A DNA stretch of 62,686 nt, filler included, from Myxococcota bacterium (GTDB taxonomy: Bacteria > Myxococcota_C > UBA6777): NCBI GenBank assembly GCA_023150835.1. It is 7 parts of 7 records of this genome, joined end to end, with 100 filler letters (N's around TTAATTAATTAA, not from the genome) between each part and the next. Parts side by side here need not be neighbours in the genome. Positions count along the whole stretch, not along the records: positions 1 to 7,946 come from JAKLKB010000192.1; positions 8,047 to 15,874 come from JAKLKB010000193.1; 5 more parts are not named here. One strand, written 5' to 3'. The stretch's first letter is position 1. Each line of letters begins with the position of its first letter. The notes under the pieces were generated by a model. The model made no database searches. It had not been told where the DNA came from and saw only the letters and a list, made by a program, of their open reading frames with translations. Shown here in pieces: positions 1 through 9,453 of the stretch. The position numbers and the translations under genes are program-made.

Positions 1-137
1 ACGCTGTTTGCACGAGACGCAGACGCTGCCCGTTCCAACTTCCCCCCGTTCACGGGGGGATTGAGGGGGGGTAGAAAAAGAAACGGCGATCAGCCTAGAC
101 TATCCGATGTTTCCACCTTAACAAGGCGCGTATGGGG
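1..137. mobile_element. Right part of a ~300-bp MITE-like repeat (family B)
   Basis: Ends in CTTAACAAGGCGCGTATGGGG, an imperfect inverted repeat of CCCCATACGCGTTAGGTTAAG at 42329. Near-identical pieces at 8047-8185 (reverse) and 42221-42476. Confidence 0.65.
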
Positions 138-184
138 TGGAACCCCACAAAACCGAACCGACTTTTTAACAAAAAGGGGAGAGA

Positions 185-550
185 TCAGAGGCAGAGCTTG
201 CAGGCGGCTGTAAGGACGGTTTTGATCTCGCTACAGGAGGTGGTTTTGTTGATGGCTTCGAGGCAAGCGTCGAGTTGGGGTTGGGTGACGCTACCGCATT
301 TGGAGTTGCCGTGTTTGAGGGGGTCATCAAGGCGGCTGACCCAGAGCTTGACGCAAAAAGTCTCGTCGTTGATGCCGAAGTAATTATCGAATTGAGCCTT
401 CCCGTTTTCATCGGCGCGGAGATCGTTGCGGCAAGAAAACCCTTTCTTACAAAAGGGTTCGCCGAAGGATTTCCCGGGCGAAGAACCGCAAGCGCTCAAC
501 CACAGACCACACAAAAAAGCCAATCCTACAGACCGAAACATCCAATTCAT
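185..550 (-). CDS. Small Cys-rich lipoprotein, hypothetical
   Basis: Signal peptide with lipobox LSAC-G; many Cys in the mature part; AGGAG-like RBS upstream. Confidence 0.7.
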   Translation of the reverse strand: MNWMFRSVGLAFLCGLWLSACGSSPGKSFGEPFCKKGFSCRNDLRADENGKAQFDNYFGINDETFCVKLWVSRLDDPLKHGNSKCGSVTQPQLDACLEAINKTTSCSEIKTVLTAACKLCL

Positions 551-781
551 TTGAGACTCTCCTTACGATTGCACAACACAGGCGCAGGCTGTTGCGGAGT
601 GTAGTCTTTCCTGCCCGCAAAAAACAAGCGCCTGACTTTCCTTATGGCTTGAGTCGGCCTTTGTGGCAAGATCTTTGGTGTTTGTGTTGTTCGTGCGGGG
701 ACGTCCCTCGTGGTGAGGCGGGTGTTGTGGTAGAAGCGAAACAGTTGGAGAGCGAACACTCAAACCAAGAGGAAGTGACGG

Positions 782-2773
782 ATGTTGCGCGTGATCGTGT
801 GGTCTTTGTTGGTGTGGTTGGTGGGGGGAGCAAGGCTGTGGGGGGCGGATCGGGAGCTGTTTGGGGTGGCGGAGGAGAACAAAGATCCGCGCCATCCGAG
901 TCTGCTGGTGGCATTACGTTCGGTGGATGCGTCGTTGCGTGTTCGCGCAGCGCGGAGCATCGGGAGGATGCAGACACCGAAGGCGTTGGATGCGTTGCGG
1001 ATGTTGGCGAGCGATGCAGACGAAAAAGTCCGAACGATGGCGATCTTTGGACTCGGCCAGTTGGGTTGGGAGGTCTCGTGGACGCAAGGGCATCGAGATA
1101 CGATCAAGGGGGTCTTGCGTCGGGCGTTGGCTGATCCTTCGGTGGGGGTGAGGCGTGCCGCGATCGAAGCGGTCGGAAAATACGCCTTTGTCGAGACGCG
1201 CCTGTGGCTGATGGCTTTTTTGCGTGGAACGCAGGTGTCGTTGCAGGCAGAGGCGTTGCGTGCGTTGTTTCGTGCTTCGTATTTGTGGCAGCGGCGGGCA
1301 GCGACGGCCACGAAAGGCTGGTTGCCTTCGCGTCTGCCGCTGTCTCAGGCGATGATGCAACAGATGCAACGGCTATCCAAGTCAAAAGAGGCGGAAGTTC
1401 GGGCGGGTGTGGCGTATTACTTTGCACGAATCAACGAGCCACAAGGATTATCGATCTTGCTGGATTTGGCGGATGATGCGCACGTGCAGGTCCGCTTGTT
1501 TGCGTTGCAGGGGCTTCAAAAACTCGCTGACCCAAAGGGAGCCGAGGCGGCGTTGCGCGGGACGACTTCGGCGGAGGTGGCCCATCGCATCGCTGCGTTG
1601 CAAGCGCTCGAAGCGATGAAACAAGCGCATCGGGTCTCGGACTTGCTCTCACGTGACAAGTCGGCCCATACACGGGCTGTTTGGGTGCGAGTTCGCAGCA
1701 AAGGCTTGCGCCCACCGTTGGCGCTGTTTCGTGCGATGTGGAAGTCTGACCCTTCTCGAAGCGTCCGATCGGCGGCGTTGATCGCTTTGGGAGAGCATAC
1801 CGATCCTGATGCGTTTTTGTTGGAGCTGATCGGAGTCTTGCACCAGCAGGATATCTTCTTGCGCGAAGCGGCGGTTGCGGCGAGTGCTGGGCTTGGATGG
1901 CGACGGTTGTCTTTTTTGGAGATGGCTTTGCAAGACCCGCATGTCCTTGTGCGCTCGGCGGCGTTGATGGCGTTGGCCAAAGAAAAGTCGCCGCGTGTGT
2001 GGTCGCTGCTCCAACGCGCCCTTCGTTCGGAGGAGTTGGCGGAGCGCGGGGCTTTGGTGACGTTTCTTGCGGAGCAAAAGTCGCCGCGTGTTCAAGAGAT
2101 CGCGTGGGATCTTTATCAGAAAAGCCGAGGTGAACGTTGGGTCGAAGTCCGCGAAGAGATCGCGCAGATCCTCGCACGCATCCTGAATCCGCAGACCACG
2201 CATCTGCTCGGTCTGGTGGCGCACGACGAAGCTGCTTCGGTGGCGCGTATCGCCCAACAAGCCCTTCAAAAGCGTGGCCTCTCAAAGCCTTGGCCGCCCG
2301 CAAAGGCGCGTCGAGCGAGTCCTTATCGAGGGGTGCGTTTTTCGCAGGATCCTGTGGTGGTCTTTGAGACGACGCGGGGTTCATTTTCGGTGGTTTTGTT
2401 TGCGGAAGATGCACCGATCCACGTTGCGACGGTGGTGGGTCTTGTCGAAAAAGGTTTTTATCACGGACTGTTGTGGCATCGAGTGATCCCCAACTTTGTG
2501 ATCCAAGGCGGAGATCCCGATGGGACGGGATGGGGTGGTGGGGATTTTTCCTTGTGGGCCGAGATCAATCCGCGTCGGTTTGTACGTGGAACGCTTGGGA
2601 TGCCTCGTGCGATGGGCTGGGATACGGGGAGCGTGCAGCTTTTCTTTACACATGGGCAGACGCCGCATCTTGACGGCCAATACACCGTCTTTGGGCAGAT
2701 CCGCAAGGGCTTCGAGGTCTTGGAGCGCATCGAACGTGGAGATCGGATAATCCGCGCTTATCGAGTTCCGTGA
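782..2773 (+). CDS. HEAT-repeat protein with C-terminal cyclophilin-type peptidyl-prolyl isomerase
   Basis: N-terminal signal; repeated D..VR..A..ALG HEAT motifs; cyclophilin motifs HRVIPNFVIQGGDP and HLDGQYTVFGQI. Confidence 0.9.
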   Translation: MLRVIVWSLLVWLVGGARLWGADRELFGVAEENKDPRHPSLLVALRSVDASLRVRAARSIGRMQTPKALDALRMLASDADEKVRTMAIFGLGQLGWEVSWTQGHRDTIKGVLRRALADPSVGVRRAAIEAVGKYAFVETRLWLMAFLRGTQVSLQAEALRALFRASYLWQRRAATATKGWLPSRLPLSQAMMQQMQRLSKSKEAEVRAGVAYYFARINEPQGLSILLDLADDAHVQVRLFALQGLQKLADPKGAEAALRGTTSAEVAHRIAALQALEAMKQAHRVSDLLSRDKSAHTRAVWVRVRSKGLRPPLALFRAMWKSDPSRSVRSAALIALGEHTDPDAFLLELIGVLHQQDIFLREAAVAASAGLGWRRLSFLEMALQDPHVLVRSAALMALAKEKSPRVWSLLQRALRSEELAERGALVTFLAEQKSPRVQEIAWDLYQKSRGERWVEVREEIAQILARILNPQTTHLLGLVAHDEAASVARIAQQALQKRGLSKPWPPAKARRASPYRGVRFSQDPVVVFETTRGSFSVVLFAEDAPIHVATVVGLVEKGFYHGLLWHRVIPNFVIQGGDPDGTGWGGGDFSLWAEINPRRFVRGTLGMPRAMGWDTGSVQLFFTHGQTPHLDGQYTVFGQIRKGFEVLERIERGDRIIRAYRVP

Positions 2774-2858
2774 TCGGAGCTTACCGAACGCGGAGATCAG
2801 ATCATTCGCACCGATCGAGTTCCGTGATCGGAGCCTCCGCACCGATCGAGTTCCGTGA
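2732..2858 (+). repeat. Tandem diverged duplication of the PPIase 3' end
   Basis: 2732-2773 recurs at 2786-2827 (7 of 42 mismatches) and partially at 2838-2858. Confidence 0.8.
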
Positions 2859-2924
2859 TTGGATCGTTTCAGCCTATCGAAATTATCTGGTGGGTAGGAT
2901 CTTTTTGAGGGGGCTGGCTTGTTG

Positions 2925-3046
2925 GAAAAAAGCCGTGTTTGCAAGCGTTCAAGCAGTAGAGCTGTTGGTTTGAAAAGCGCTGATCGTCTCATCCATACGG
3001 GGCCAAGGGAGCCGTGCTCCCTTGTGGGGCGTGGGGTGAAACCCCA
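2925..3046. repeat. Dispersed intergenic repeat family D (GGGGTCAAGGGG...CCCTTG and GGGGTGAAACCCC hairpins)
   Basis: Related copies at about 34428-34551, 46889-47007, 49929-50000 (rev), 50617-50736, 53620-53750 (rev) and 56219-56340. Confidence 0.65.
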
Positions 3047-3067
3047 CCAAAGCCATCGATCCGCGTA

Positions 3068-3182
3068 ATACAAAATCTGAGCGATGTGTACACGAAGGAA
3101 AGTGCGTAGACGCCCGATTTTTGGGCAGCCACAGGGGGCTGCCCCTACGTTTTTACGATCAAACTCCCTGCGGATTTCGTAT
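3068..3182. mobile_element. MITE/REPIN-like element family A (termini ATACGA.ATCCG...CGGAT.TCGTAT, internal GTAG-type REP)
   Basis: Imperfect terminal inverted repeats and the hairpin GGGCAGCCACAGGGGGCTGCCCCTAC; other copies at 15629, 23702, 30972, 34242, 50004 and 50759. Confidence 0.7.
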
Positions 3183-3187
3183 AAGTC

Positions 3188-4351
3188 TTATCGTAAAGAA
3201 GAAAAAAAAGCATGAGCAGATGCTTTTGTTTCGGGAGATGGAGTCGTAAGTGTCACCGTTTCAGAAGACGGATGGCAGGGCTTTTTGGAAACAAAAAACA
3301 GGACGCCACCCACAATCGCAACGGCACCTGCTCCGATGTAGAGTGAGCCGGAGACTTGCGCGAGGGTGACGGAACTTTCGTATTGGGTTTTCCAAGTCGG
3401 ATCTTTTGTGAGATTTTGCATGGCTTGCCGATAAGAATCATCGGCACTGACTTGCGTGATAATCCCGCCGCCAAGCAAAAGCGCCGCACCACCGAGAACA
3501 AGCAGCGGTGGCGTCCAGTTCACGCACTGTGTCGCAGGCGGTTTGGGTTCGAGGGTGAAACTGCGGGTGGTGTTGCTTTGTAAAGCGACGGTGTGTTGTT
3601 GTGGCCGATAGCCGGGATATTCCAGTTTGATCTGGATCTCGCTGGTTTTTTTAGCCTTGAAAAAGAAAGGAGTCTGCCCTGTTTGAGTGCGTGAGCCTTC
3701 TTGAAGCGTCACTTTTGCTCCGAGCGGGACGGACTGGATCTGGAGTGTATATTCAGGTTCGGGGGATTTGGGGATTGCGACAAGATGGAAAGATTGAATC
3801 AGTTTTTGTTTCGGAAGAATCGAGATCTTTTTTGAGATCGATTGAAACCCGCTGAGATGTAGCGAGAGCGTGTAATCGCCCGGGCAGATGTCATCAAAAG
3901 CGTGGGGAGAGCGGCCTTGTTGTGTGGCTTGCGGGTTTTGGAGTGTGGCTGCGGCTTGGGGAGGAGTCGTGAGTACGGTCAGTCGTCCAAGTTCAAGGCT
4001 GGATTGGATCTGTTGGATCTGGGCTTGGATGCGGATGAGTTCATCGCCAGAGACGAGCTTTTCGTAGCGCTGGTATCGTTGGAGTGCTTGGCGGCGAAGA
4101 AAGCAAGCCTTTGCAGCCTCTTGAGGCGGTAACGTTTTGGCCCAAATAACAAAGACGCGGGCTTGGTTGTAAAGGTGAGAGGCCTGTGTGGGGTGTGCTT
4201 GCAACAGCCGCTCAAAACAATCGGCTGAGCCTTGATAATCTTTTTGGCTGAATTTTGTACGACAGTCTTGATCGCTTTGTGCGTGTACATGGATTGGAAT
4301 AATCAGCCAAAATCCATACAAGAACCAGCTAAAATGTATAAAATATTTCAT
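3188..4351 (-). CDS. Secreted TPR + PEGA-domain protein with C-terminal TM hairpin
   Basis: Signal peptide; TPR-like helices; two PEGA-like repeats (G.L.V.T.P..A and L.I.SVP.GAKV); two hydrophobic C-terminal helices. Confidence 0.8.
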   Translation of the reverse strand: MKYFIHFSWFLYGFWLIIPIHVHAQSDQDCRTKFSQKDYQGSADCFERLLQAHPTQASHLYNQARVFVIWAKTLPPQEAAKACFLRRQALQRYQRYEKLVSGDELIRIQAQIQQIQSSLELGRLTVLTTPPQAAATLQNPQATQQGRSPHAFDDICPGDYTLSLHLSGFQSISKKISILPKQKLIQSFHLVAIPKSPEPEYTLQIQSVPLGAKVTLQEGSRTQTGQTPFFFKAKKTSEIQIKLEYPGYRPQQHTVALQSNTTRSFTLEPKPPATQCVNWTPPLLVLGGAALLLGGGIITQVSADDSYRQAMQNLTKDPTWKTQYESSVTLAQVSGSLYIGAGAVAIVGGVLFFVSKKPCHPSSETVTLTTPSPETKASAHAFFSSLR

Positions 4352-4377
4352 TGACTTATATTCCCCTTTTTCTTCAG

Positions 4378-4495
4378 ATAGGACTTACGCATTTCGATAC
4401 GAAAAAGGCCAATGTTCGGGTGCGGGCGGTTCGCGAACCGCCCCTACAACGTTCTGATATCTCAGGGTTTCCCTTTTCAACTGCGTCACTCCTAT
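4378..4495. mobile_element. MITE-like element family C (ATAGGACTTACGCA...TGCGTCACTCCTAT) containing REP GGGCGGTTCGCGAACCGCCCCTAC
   Basis: Imperfect terminal inverted repeats; a second left-half copy at 27352-27411. Confidence 0.65.
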
Positions 4496-4607
4496 TCAGA
4501 TCTTCGATGCTAGTTTGAGCCTCTTTTCAGGATGTTTCCTGCCAAACGTACACAACGGATGTCGTTTCCAAGAAAACTCTCATCCAAGAAAACTCTCATG
4601 GCCGAGA

Positions 4608-6209
4608 TTACGGACATGCTGGGGAACAGATGTTTGGGGTGCCGACGGTTTTGTTTATTCCCCCCAAGAGCGAGGAGAAGTCTGCCTCTACGGTATTCCC
4701 GCTCCCGCCGACGAGGCTGGCTCGCTTCGTGGTTTTGTTTCTCACGCCGCTGCCAATCCAAGAGAGAACACCCGCTGCTTCGTTGCCGTCTGTGCCGATC
4801 GTGCATTTCGTGTAGTTCGTTTGGCCTTGGCAGGCAAGATCACCGCCTCCGCTGATGCTTGAAAGTAGAGCGGATGTTTTGTTGCTTCCGCCGCCGCTGA
4901 TGCTTGAAAGCGGCGCCGTCACAGTCGTTTGATTTCCGAACCCCCCTGAGATGCTGGAATTCGCACCGTCTGCATAATTGAATAGCCCACCCGAAACCGA
5001 AGCTCCGACCCCTTTTGCACGATTGCCTCCCCCCCCGCTTACTACCGCATATCCGCCACTTGCGATGTTTCCCACCGATGCGTCCTGTCCTCCGCCGCCT
5101 GATACAGTCGAATGATTTCCGATAGCTTTGTTGTTTTTTCCTCCACAGATTGTTGCATATTTACCTATATTTGTAGTACTTTCTGGCTCTGCTGTATTGG
5201 ATTCCCCGCCCAAAATACTTGCGCTCTCGCTGGTTGCTTTGTTGCGAGCCCCCCCTGATACGTGGGCGTAGGGTCCGAGCGCTTGGTTCTCTGTGCCACC
5301 GCTGACGGTGGCGTAGTCTTGACCTGCTGTATTCGCCTTTCCGCCGGTCACACTGGCGAACGTGTTTGGAGTCCGATTCTCTGCGCCACCTGTGATGCTT
5401 GACCACCTTCCAGAGGCTGCGTTGTACTTGCCTCCGCTGATGCTTGCATAGTCGCCTGACGCGCTATTGCCTTCTCCACCGCTGACGCTCGCATAAGGGT
5501 TTGTTGCCTTATTGCCAAGGCCGCCGCTAACGCTCGCATATTCCCCGCTTATCGTGCTGTCCTTTCCGACAACAAGGCCGCTGTGACTCTCGTAAGCGTG
5601 GCCGTCCCCAACGATCAGGTTGTTGGAACCGTTGCGCTTCGTTGCGATGACTGTGCCTTGAGCGTCTTTTCGTGGATGGTTGTAGCCGACGAGTAGGTTG
5701 CCTTTTCCTTCGGGATAACTCGGTTCTTCCACCTTATTTTTGTCGTCAACGATCTGTACGTTGATGCCCGATATCACGAGCGTTTGGGTTTTTGTTCCAT
5801 CAGTATGGGTCTTTTCTTTGAAAGAGAGATATTGCGCAAGTTTTTGTAAGACATCAGGGATTGAACCTGTGCCATCTTTTCCAGCGGGACCTTGCGGACC
5901 AGCGGGGCCTTGCGGGCCAGCGGGGCCAGCGGGGCCAGCGGGGCCAGCAGAGCCTTGCGAGCCTTGCGTTCCATTTTCTCCGTTGATTCCTGCTGTGCCT
6001 TGGGGGCCCGGGTCACCTTTGGGACCTTTGCAAACCGAAAGATCGCCGTTTGGGGCGCACCATTCGCCCGCTTTGCACGACGTCCCATCTGCGCACACAC
6101 CATCCGACGGACACAGCACGCACGTCGGCTTGAAGGTCAACACCGAACATCCGCAAAACAACAACACACATAACACCATCACTTGTAAGAAAGCCATCTT
6201 TGTCTTCAT
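4608..6209 (-). CDS. Lipoprotein with collagen-like G-X-Y stalk and SGG-rich 14-residue repeats
   Basis: Lipobox FCGC; (GPA/GPQ)n tract; many S(V/I)SGG..N.A repeats. Confidence 0.8.
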   Translation of the reverse strand: MKTKMAFLQVMVLCVLLFCGCSVLTFKPTCVLCPSDGVCADGTSCKAGEWCAPNGDLSVCKGPKGDPGPQGTAGINGENGTQGSQGSAGPAGPAGPAGPQGPAGPQGPAGKDGTGSIPDVLQKLAQYLSFKEKTHTDGTKTQTLVISGINVQIVDDKNKVEEPSYPEGKGNLLVGYNHPRKDAQGTVIATKRNGSNNLIVGDGHAYESHSGLVVGKDSTISGEYASVSGGLGNKATNPYASVSGGEGNSASGDYASISGGKYNAASGRWSSITGGAENRTPNTFASVTGGKANTAGQDYATVSGGTENQALGPYAHVSGGARNKATSESASILGGESNTAEPESTTNIGKYATICGGKNNKAIGNHSTVSGGGGQDASVGNIASGGYAVVSGGGGNRAKGVGASVSGGLFNYADGANSSISGGFGNQTTVTAPLSSISGGGSNKTSALLSSISGGGDLACQGQTNYTKCTIGTDGNEAAGVLSWIGSGVRNKTTKRASLVGGSGNTVEADFSSLLGGINKTVGTPNICSPACP

Positions 6210-6261
6210 TTGAACAGTCTCCTTGTTATGGGATCCCTTTCGATCCGAGTGATTTGCTGTA

Positions 6262-7794
6262 CTATTTCTCTGGCTGAAAACGAAAAGATATCCGCAAGTC
6301 TATCTCTTCGGTGGATGGAGAAAATTTCTTGTGTATGATTTTTTGTTTGATACAGTCTTGTAATCCTTGATGTTTCAGTTCATCCTTTACGAAGCGGATG
6401 ACGGTGACTTGGCCTGACGGTGCGATACGTAAATTCACCTCGATTTCCCCTCGGAGCGTTGGTTTGTGTTGGAGTGCGCGTTCGTAACACTGCCTGAGAC
6501 TGTCCACAGATTTTAGCTCGATCTCACTTGCCCATTTTAAAGAGCACCCCAAAGCACCGCGTAACGTGCAAGCCGCGTCAAAAAACGAAACTGCCTTAGA
6601 GATATCTTTTTCCCTTCCGATCCCTTTCTGGTAAAAAATACCAACGCTCATGCAAGCATTGGCGTGGCTGAGTTTGCAGGCGTGTTGGTAAGCCTCGAAA
6701 GCGCGCTGCGGAAATTGCTGCGCCACATAAATATCCCCCATCACAGCACAAGCATCTGCGCTGTTGTGTTCGCAACCTTTCTTTGCGTAGGTGAGCGCAC
6801 GAGGAAGATCGCGCTTTACCCCAGCCAAGTTGTGGATATAGAATACGCTTGCATGAGTACATCCCGAACTATGGTTGTGTTGGCAGGCTTTGTCGTAGTA
6901 ATATAAAGCTTTTTTCTGGTCGCGTGTTCCACCCAGCCCTCGGTTAAACATATTGCCTAGGTAGAAGCAAGATTTCGCGAAAACGCCGTAGCTATCGCAA
7001 CCTGCACGAAAAAAGTCCCGCGCTTTTGTGATGTTTTCTGATGTTTGGGGGGAACTATTGAGAAAAAGCAACCCGACTGCACGACATGCTTTCCCAACGC
7101 CAGAAGAACACGCAAATTGTAATAATTGCTGGGCTTTTTCCTTATCTGGAGGTACCCACTTGCCCTCGATATAAAAACTCGCGTACTGGTAACATGCTCC
7201 GGCTGCGTTGGATTTTTGAATCGGCGAGTAGATCTGCGATCGCATGGCGAGGTGGCAACCTTTTCGTACGTTGGACAAGGCGGCCTTAAAATCTCCTCCG
7301 TTGATCTGAGCAACGCCGAGGAGCGCACAACCCGTAGCGCTTTGGAGGTCGCAACTACGCTGTAACAAACCAATGGCTTGCAAAGGCGTTGATTGAACAG
7401 CCACCAAAGCACACGCATAGCCATACCCCAAATCGCAGGATTTTTTTAATTGCTCATGGGATTGGGTCGGTTTGTTTTCGTAGAGAAGGTCACCCATGAG
7501 GAAGCAGCCTCTTCCAGAACCGTGCTTGCAGGCTTTACGGGCGTATAGAATCGAATGCGGTGTGTTTTTTTTGACCGACTTTCCGTAGTGTAAGCGCGCA
7601 GCCATCTCGGCGCAGGCATCCGCATCTTTGGCCTCACAAGCATCGCGAAGGGTTTGCGTGGTAGCGCTGGAAATTTGCTGTTTCCGAAGCACAGGTACAC
7701 ACGCCACACACAGCCACACCACGACGCTCGACGTCAAACATAACAGCAGAGAGTTCCGTTGCTTTGGTTCTTTGACTTTGTCGCAAACGCTCAT
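6262..7794 (-). CDS. Sel1-like repeat protein with C-terminal AgmX/PglI (TonB-C-like) domain
   Basis: Repeated A...KAC..G...GC..LG Sel1 motifs; C-terminal LRQCYERAL..P.L.GEI.V...I.PSG.V motif; AGGAG upstream of ATG 7794 (ORF open to 7887). Confidence 0.85.
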   Translation of the reverse strand: MSVCDKVKEPKQRNSLLLCLTSSVVVWLCVACVPVLRKQQISSATTQTLRDACEAKDADACAEMAARLHYGKSVKKNTPHSILYARKACKHGSGRGCFLMGDLLYENKPTQSHEQLKKSCDLGYGYACALVAVQSTPLQAIGLLQRSCDLQSATGCALLGVAQINGGDFKAALSNVRKGCHLAMRSQIYSPIQKSNAAGACYQYASFYIEGKWVPPDKEKAQQLLQFACSSGVGKACRAVGLLFLNSSPQTSENITKARDFFRAGCDSYGVFAKSCFYLGNMFNRGLGGTRDQKKALYYYDKACQHNHSSGCTHASVFYIHNLAGVKRDLPRALTYAKKGCEHNSADACAVMGDIYVAQQFPQRAFEAYQHACKLSHANACMSVGIFYQKGIGREKDISKAVSFFDAACTLRGALGCSLKWASEIELKSVDSLRQCYERALQHKPTLRGEIEVNLRIAPSGQVTVIRFVKDELKHQGLQDCIKQKIIHKKFSPSTEEIDLRISFRFQPEK

Positions 7795-7946
7795 CTCATG
7801 GACTCCTAAGTAAGTATCACTAAGTTTCTTCAACTTTCGCGCCCGAAGAACGGGTTCGTTCAAAAAAGATGGCGATGAAGAGGTCACCGACGCAACAGAT
7901 CGAGGGCAGGCACGGGGGCCTGCCCCTACGAAACACCGTGTGATTT

Positions 7947-8046
7947 NNNNNNNNNNNNNNNNNNNNNNNNNNNNNNNNNNNNNNNNNNNNTTAATTAATT
8001 AANNNNNNNNNNNNNNNNNNNNNNNNNNNNNNNNNNNNNNNNNNNN
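7947..8046. other. Artificial contig linker (N-TTAATTAATTAA-N)
   Basis: 100-nt N run with six-frame stop linker. Confidence 0.97.
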
Positions 8047-8185
8047 AGCGTCTGCGTCTCGTGCAAACAGCGTGCGTCATGAAAAAACAAAATCCCCGCT
8101 GCTTCCGACTTTCGCTCCCTCCCCTGTTCACGGGGGAGGGCTGGGGTGGGGGGGCCAACAAGCGCTTAACCTAACGCCTATGGGG
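8047..8185. mobile_element. Left part of MITE-like family B, reverse orientation, at contig edge
   Basis: Near-perfect reverse complement of 42329-42467. Confidence 0.7.
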
Positions 8186-8374
8186 CAGCGCCCCACAAAA
8201 CAAACAAAATGCGCCCCACCTGTCCGAGCGGGGGGGTATGTTTGTGGTATCGAAACAGTTGCCAACCGCTTCTTTTGTCGTTAAGATGCGCGCCCTAGAC
8301 AAAAAGGCACGATTCGTCTTGTATCCCACGAGGCCAAAGCCTCGAACCATCGAAATCTCAGGAGAAGATCGGGT

Positions 8375-9337
8375 ATGATCTACAACAATATCCTCGAAGT
8401 GATCGGCAAAACCCCCATTGTTCCGCTCAAAAAGATCGGCGCAGGTCTCAAATGCAACCTTTACGCAAAGTGTGAGTTCTTGAATCCGGGAGGCTCTGTA
8501 AAGGATCGCATCGGCTACAATATGCTCTTGGAAGCCGAACGGCGGGGTGAGATCAAGCCGGGCGATACATTGATCGAGCCGACTTCTGGGAACACGGGGA
8601 TCGGTCTTGCCCTTGCAGCCGCTGTGAAGGGCTACAAGATGATCATCACCATGCCCGAAAAGATGAGCCAAGAAAAACAAGTGGTGTTGGAAGCGTTGGG
8701 AGCCCAGATCATCCGCACCCCGACCGAAGCCGCTTGGGATGCTCCCGAAAGTCACATCAGCATCGCCAAAAAATTGCAAAAAGAGCTACCCAACGCACAT
8801 ATCCTCGATCAATACGGCAATCCCGATAACCCCGATGCCCACTACAAATACACCGCCCAAGAGATCATCGACGACTTTGGTCAAGATCTGCACATGGTGG
8901 TGATGGGCGTTGGGACGGGCGGAACCATTACAGGCGTCGCCAAGCGGCTCAAAGAAGACATCCCCCACATCCAGATCGTGGGAGCCGATCCACACGGCTC
9001 GATCCTTGGGGGAGGGGATGAGATCCATTCTTATCATGTCGAAGGCATCGGCTACGACTTTTTCCCCGATGTTCTGAACAATCAGTTGATCGATCGCTAC
9101 ATCAAGACGGATGATGCGCATTCGTTCGAGATCGCACGCCGCTTGATCCGTGAAGAGGGCTTGTTGTGTGGCGGTTCTTGTGGCGCCGCAACATGGGCTG
9201 CTTTGCAAGCTGCGCAAGGGTTGGAAGCAGGCCAAAATTGTTTGGTGTTGTTGCCCGATTCGATCCGCAATTATCTGAGCAAGTTCGTGAACGACAAGTG
9301 GTTGCAAGCGCATGGCTTTTCAAAAGAACAGGCGTAA
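8375..9337 (+). CDS. cbs: Cystathionine beta-synthase (short form, PLP-dependent, CysK/CBS family)
   Basis: KCEFLNPGGSVKDRI (PLP lysine), EPTSGNTG, PTEAAWDAPESH and EGIGYDF, typical of CBS; no heme or CBS-domain extensions. Confidence 0.88.
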   Translation: MIYNNILEVIGKTPIVPLKKIGAGLKCNLYAKCEFLNPGGSVKDRIGYNMLLEAERRGEIKPGDTLIEPTSGNTGIGLALAAAVKGYKMIITMPEKMSQEKQVVLEALGAQIIRTPTEAAWDAPESHISIAKKLQKELPNAHILDQYGNPDNPDAHYKYTAQEIIDDFGQDLHMVVMGVGTGGTITGVAKRLKEDIPHIQIVGADPHGSILGGGDEIHSYHVEGIGYDFFPDVLNNQLIDRYIKTDDAHSFEIARRLIREEGLLCGGSCGAATWAALQAAQGLEAGQNCLVLLPDSIRNYLSKFVNDKWLQAHGFSKEQA

Positions 9338-9453
9338 TCCGCGCTGAGCAAAAAATCAAGTTATCTGATCTCTTCCAAGGATACGCCTCTCAAGCAAGTA
9401 GTGTATCTTGGAGAGACGATCTTTCGGCAAAATAAGCCGAGATATGGAGACAT

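Noticed and set aside
2732-2827. DGR VR/TR pair
   Set aside because: Mismatches are not adenine-specific, the repeat is only 42 bp, and there is no RT.
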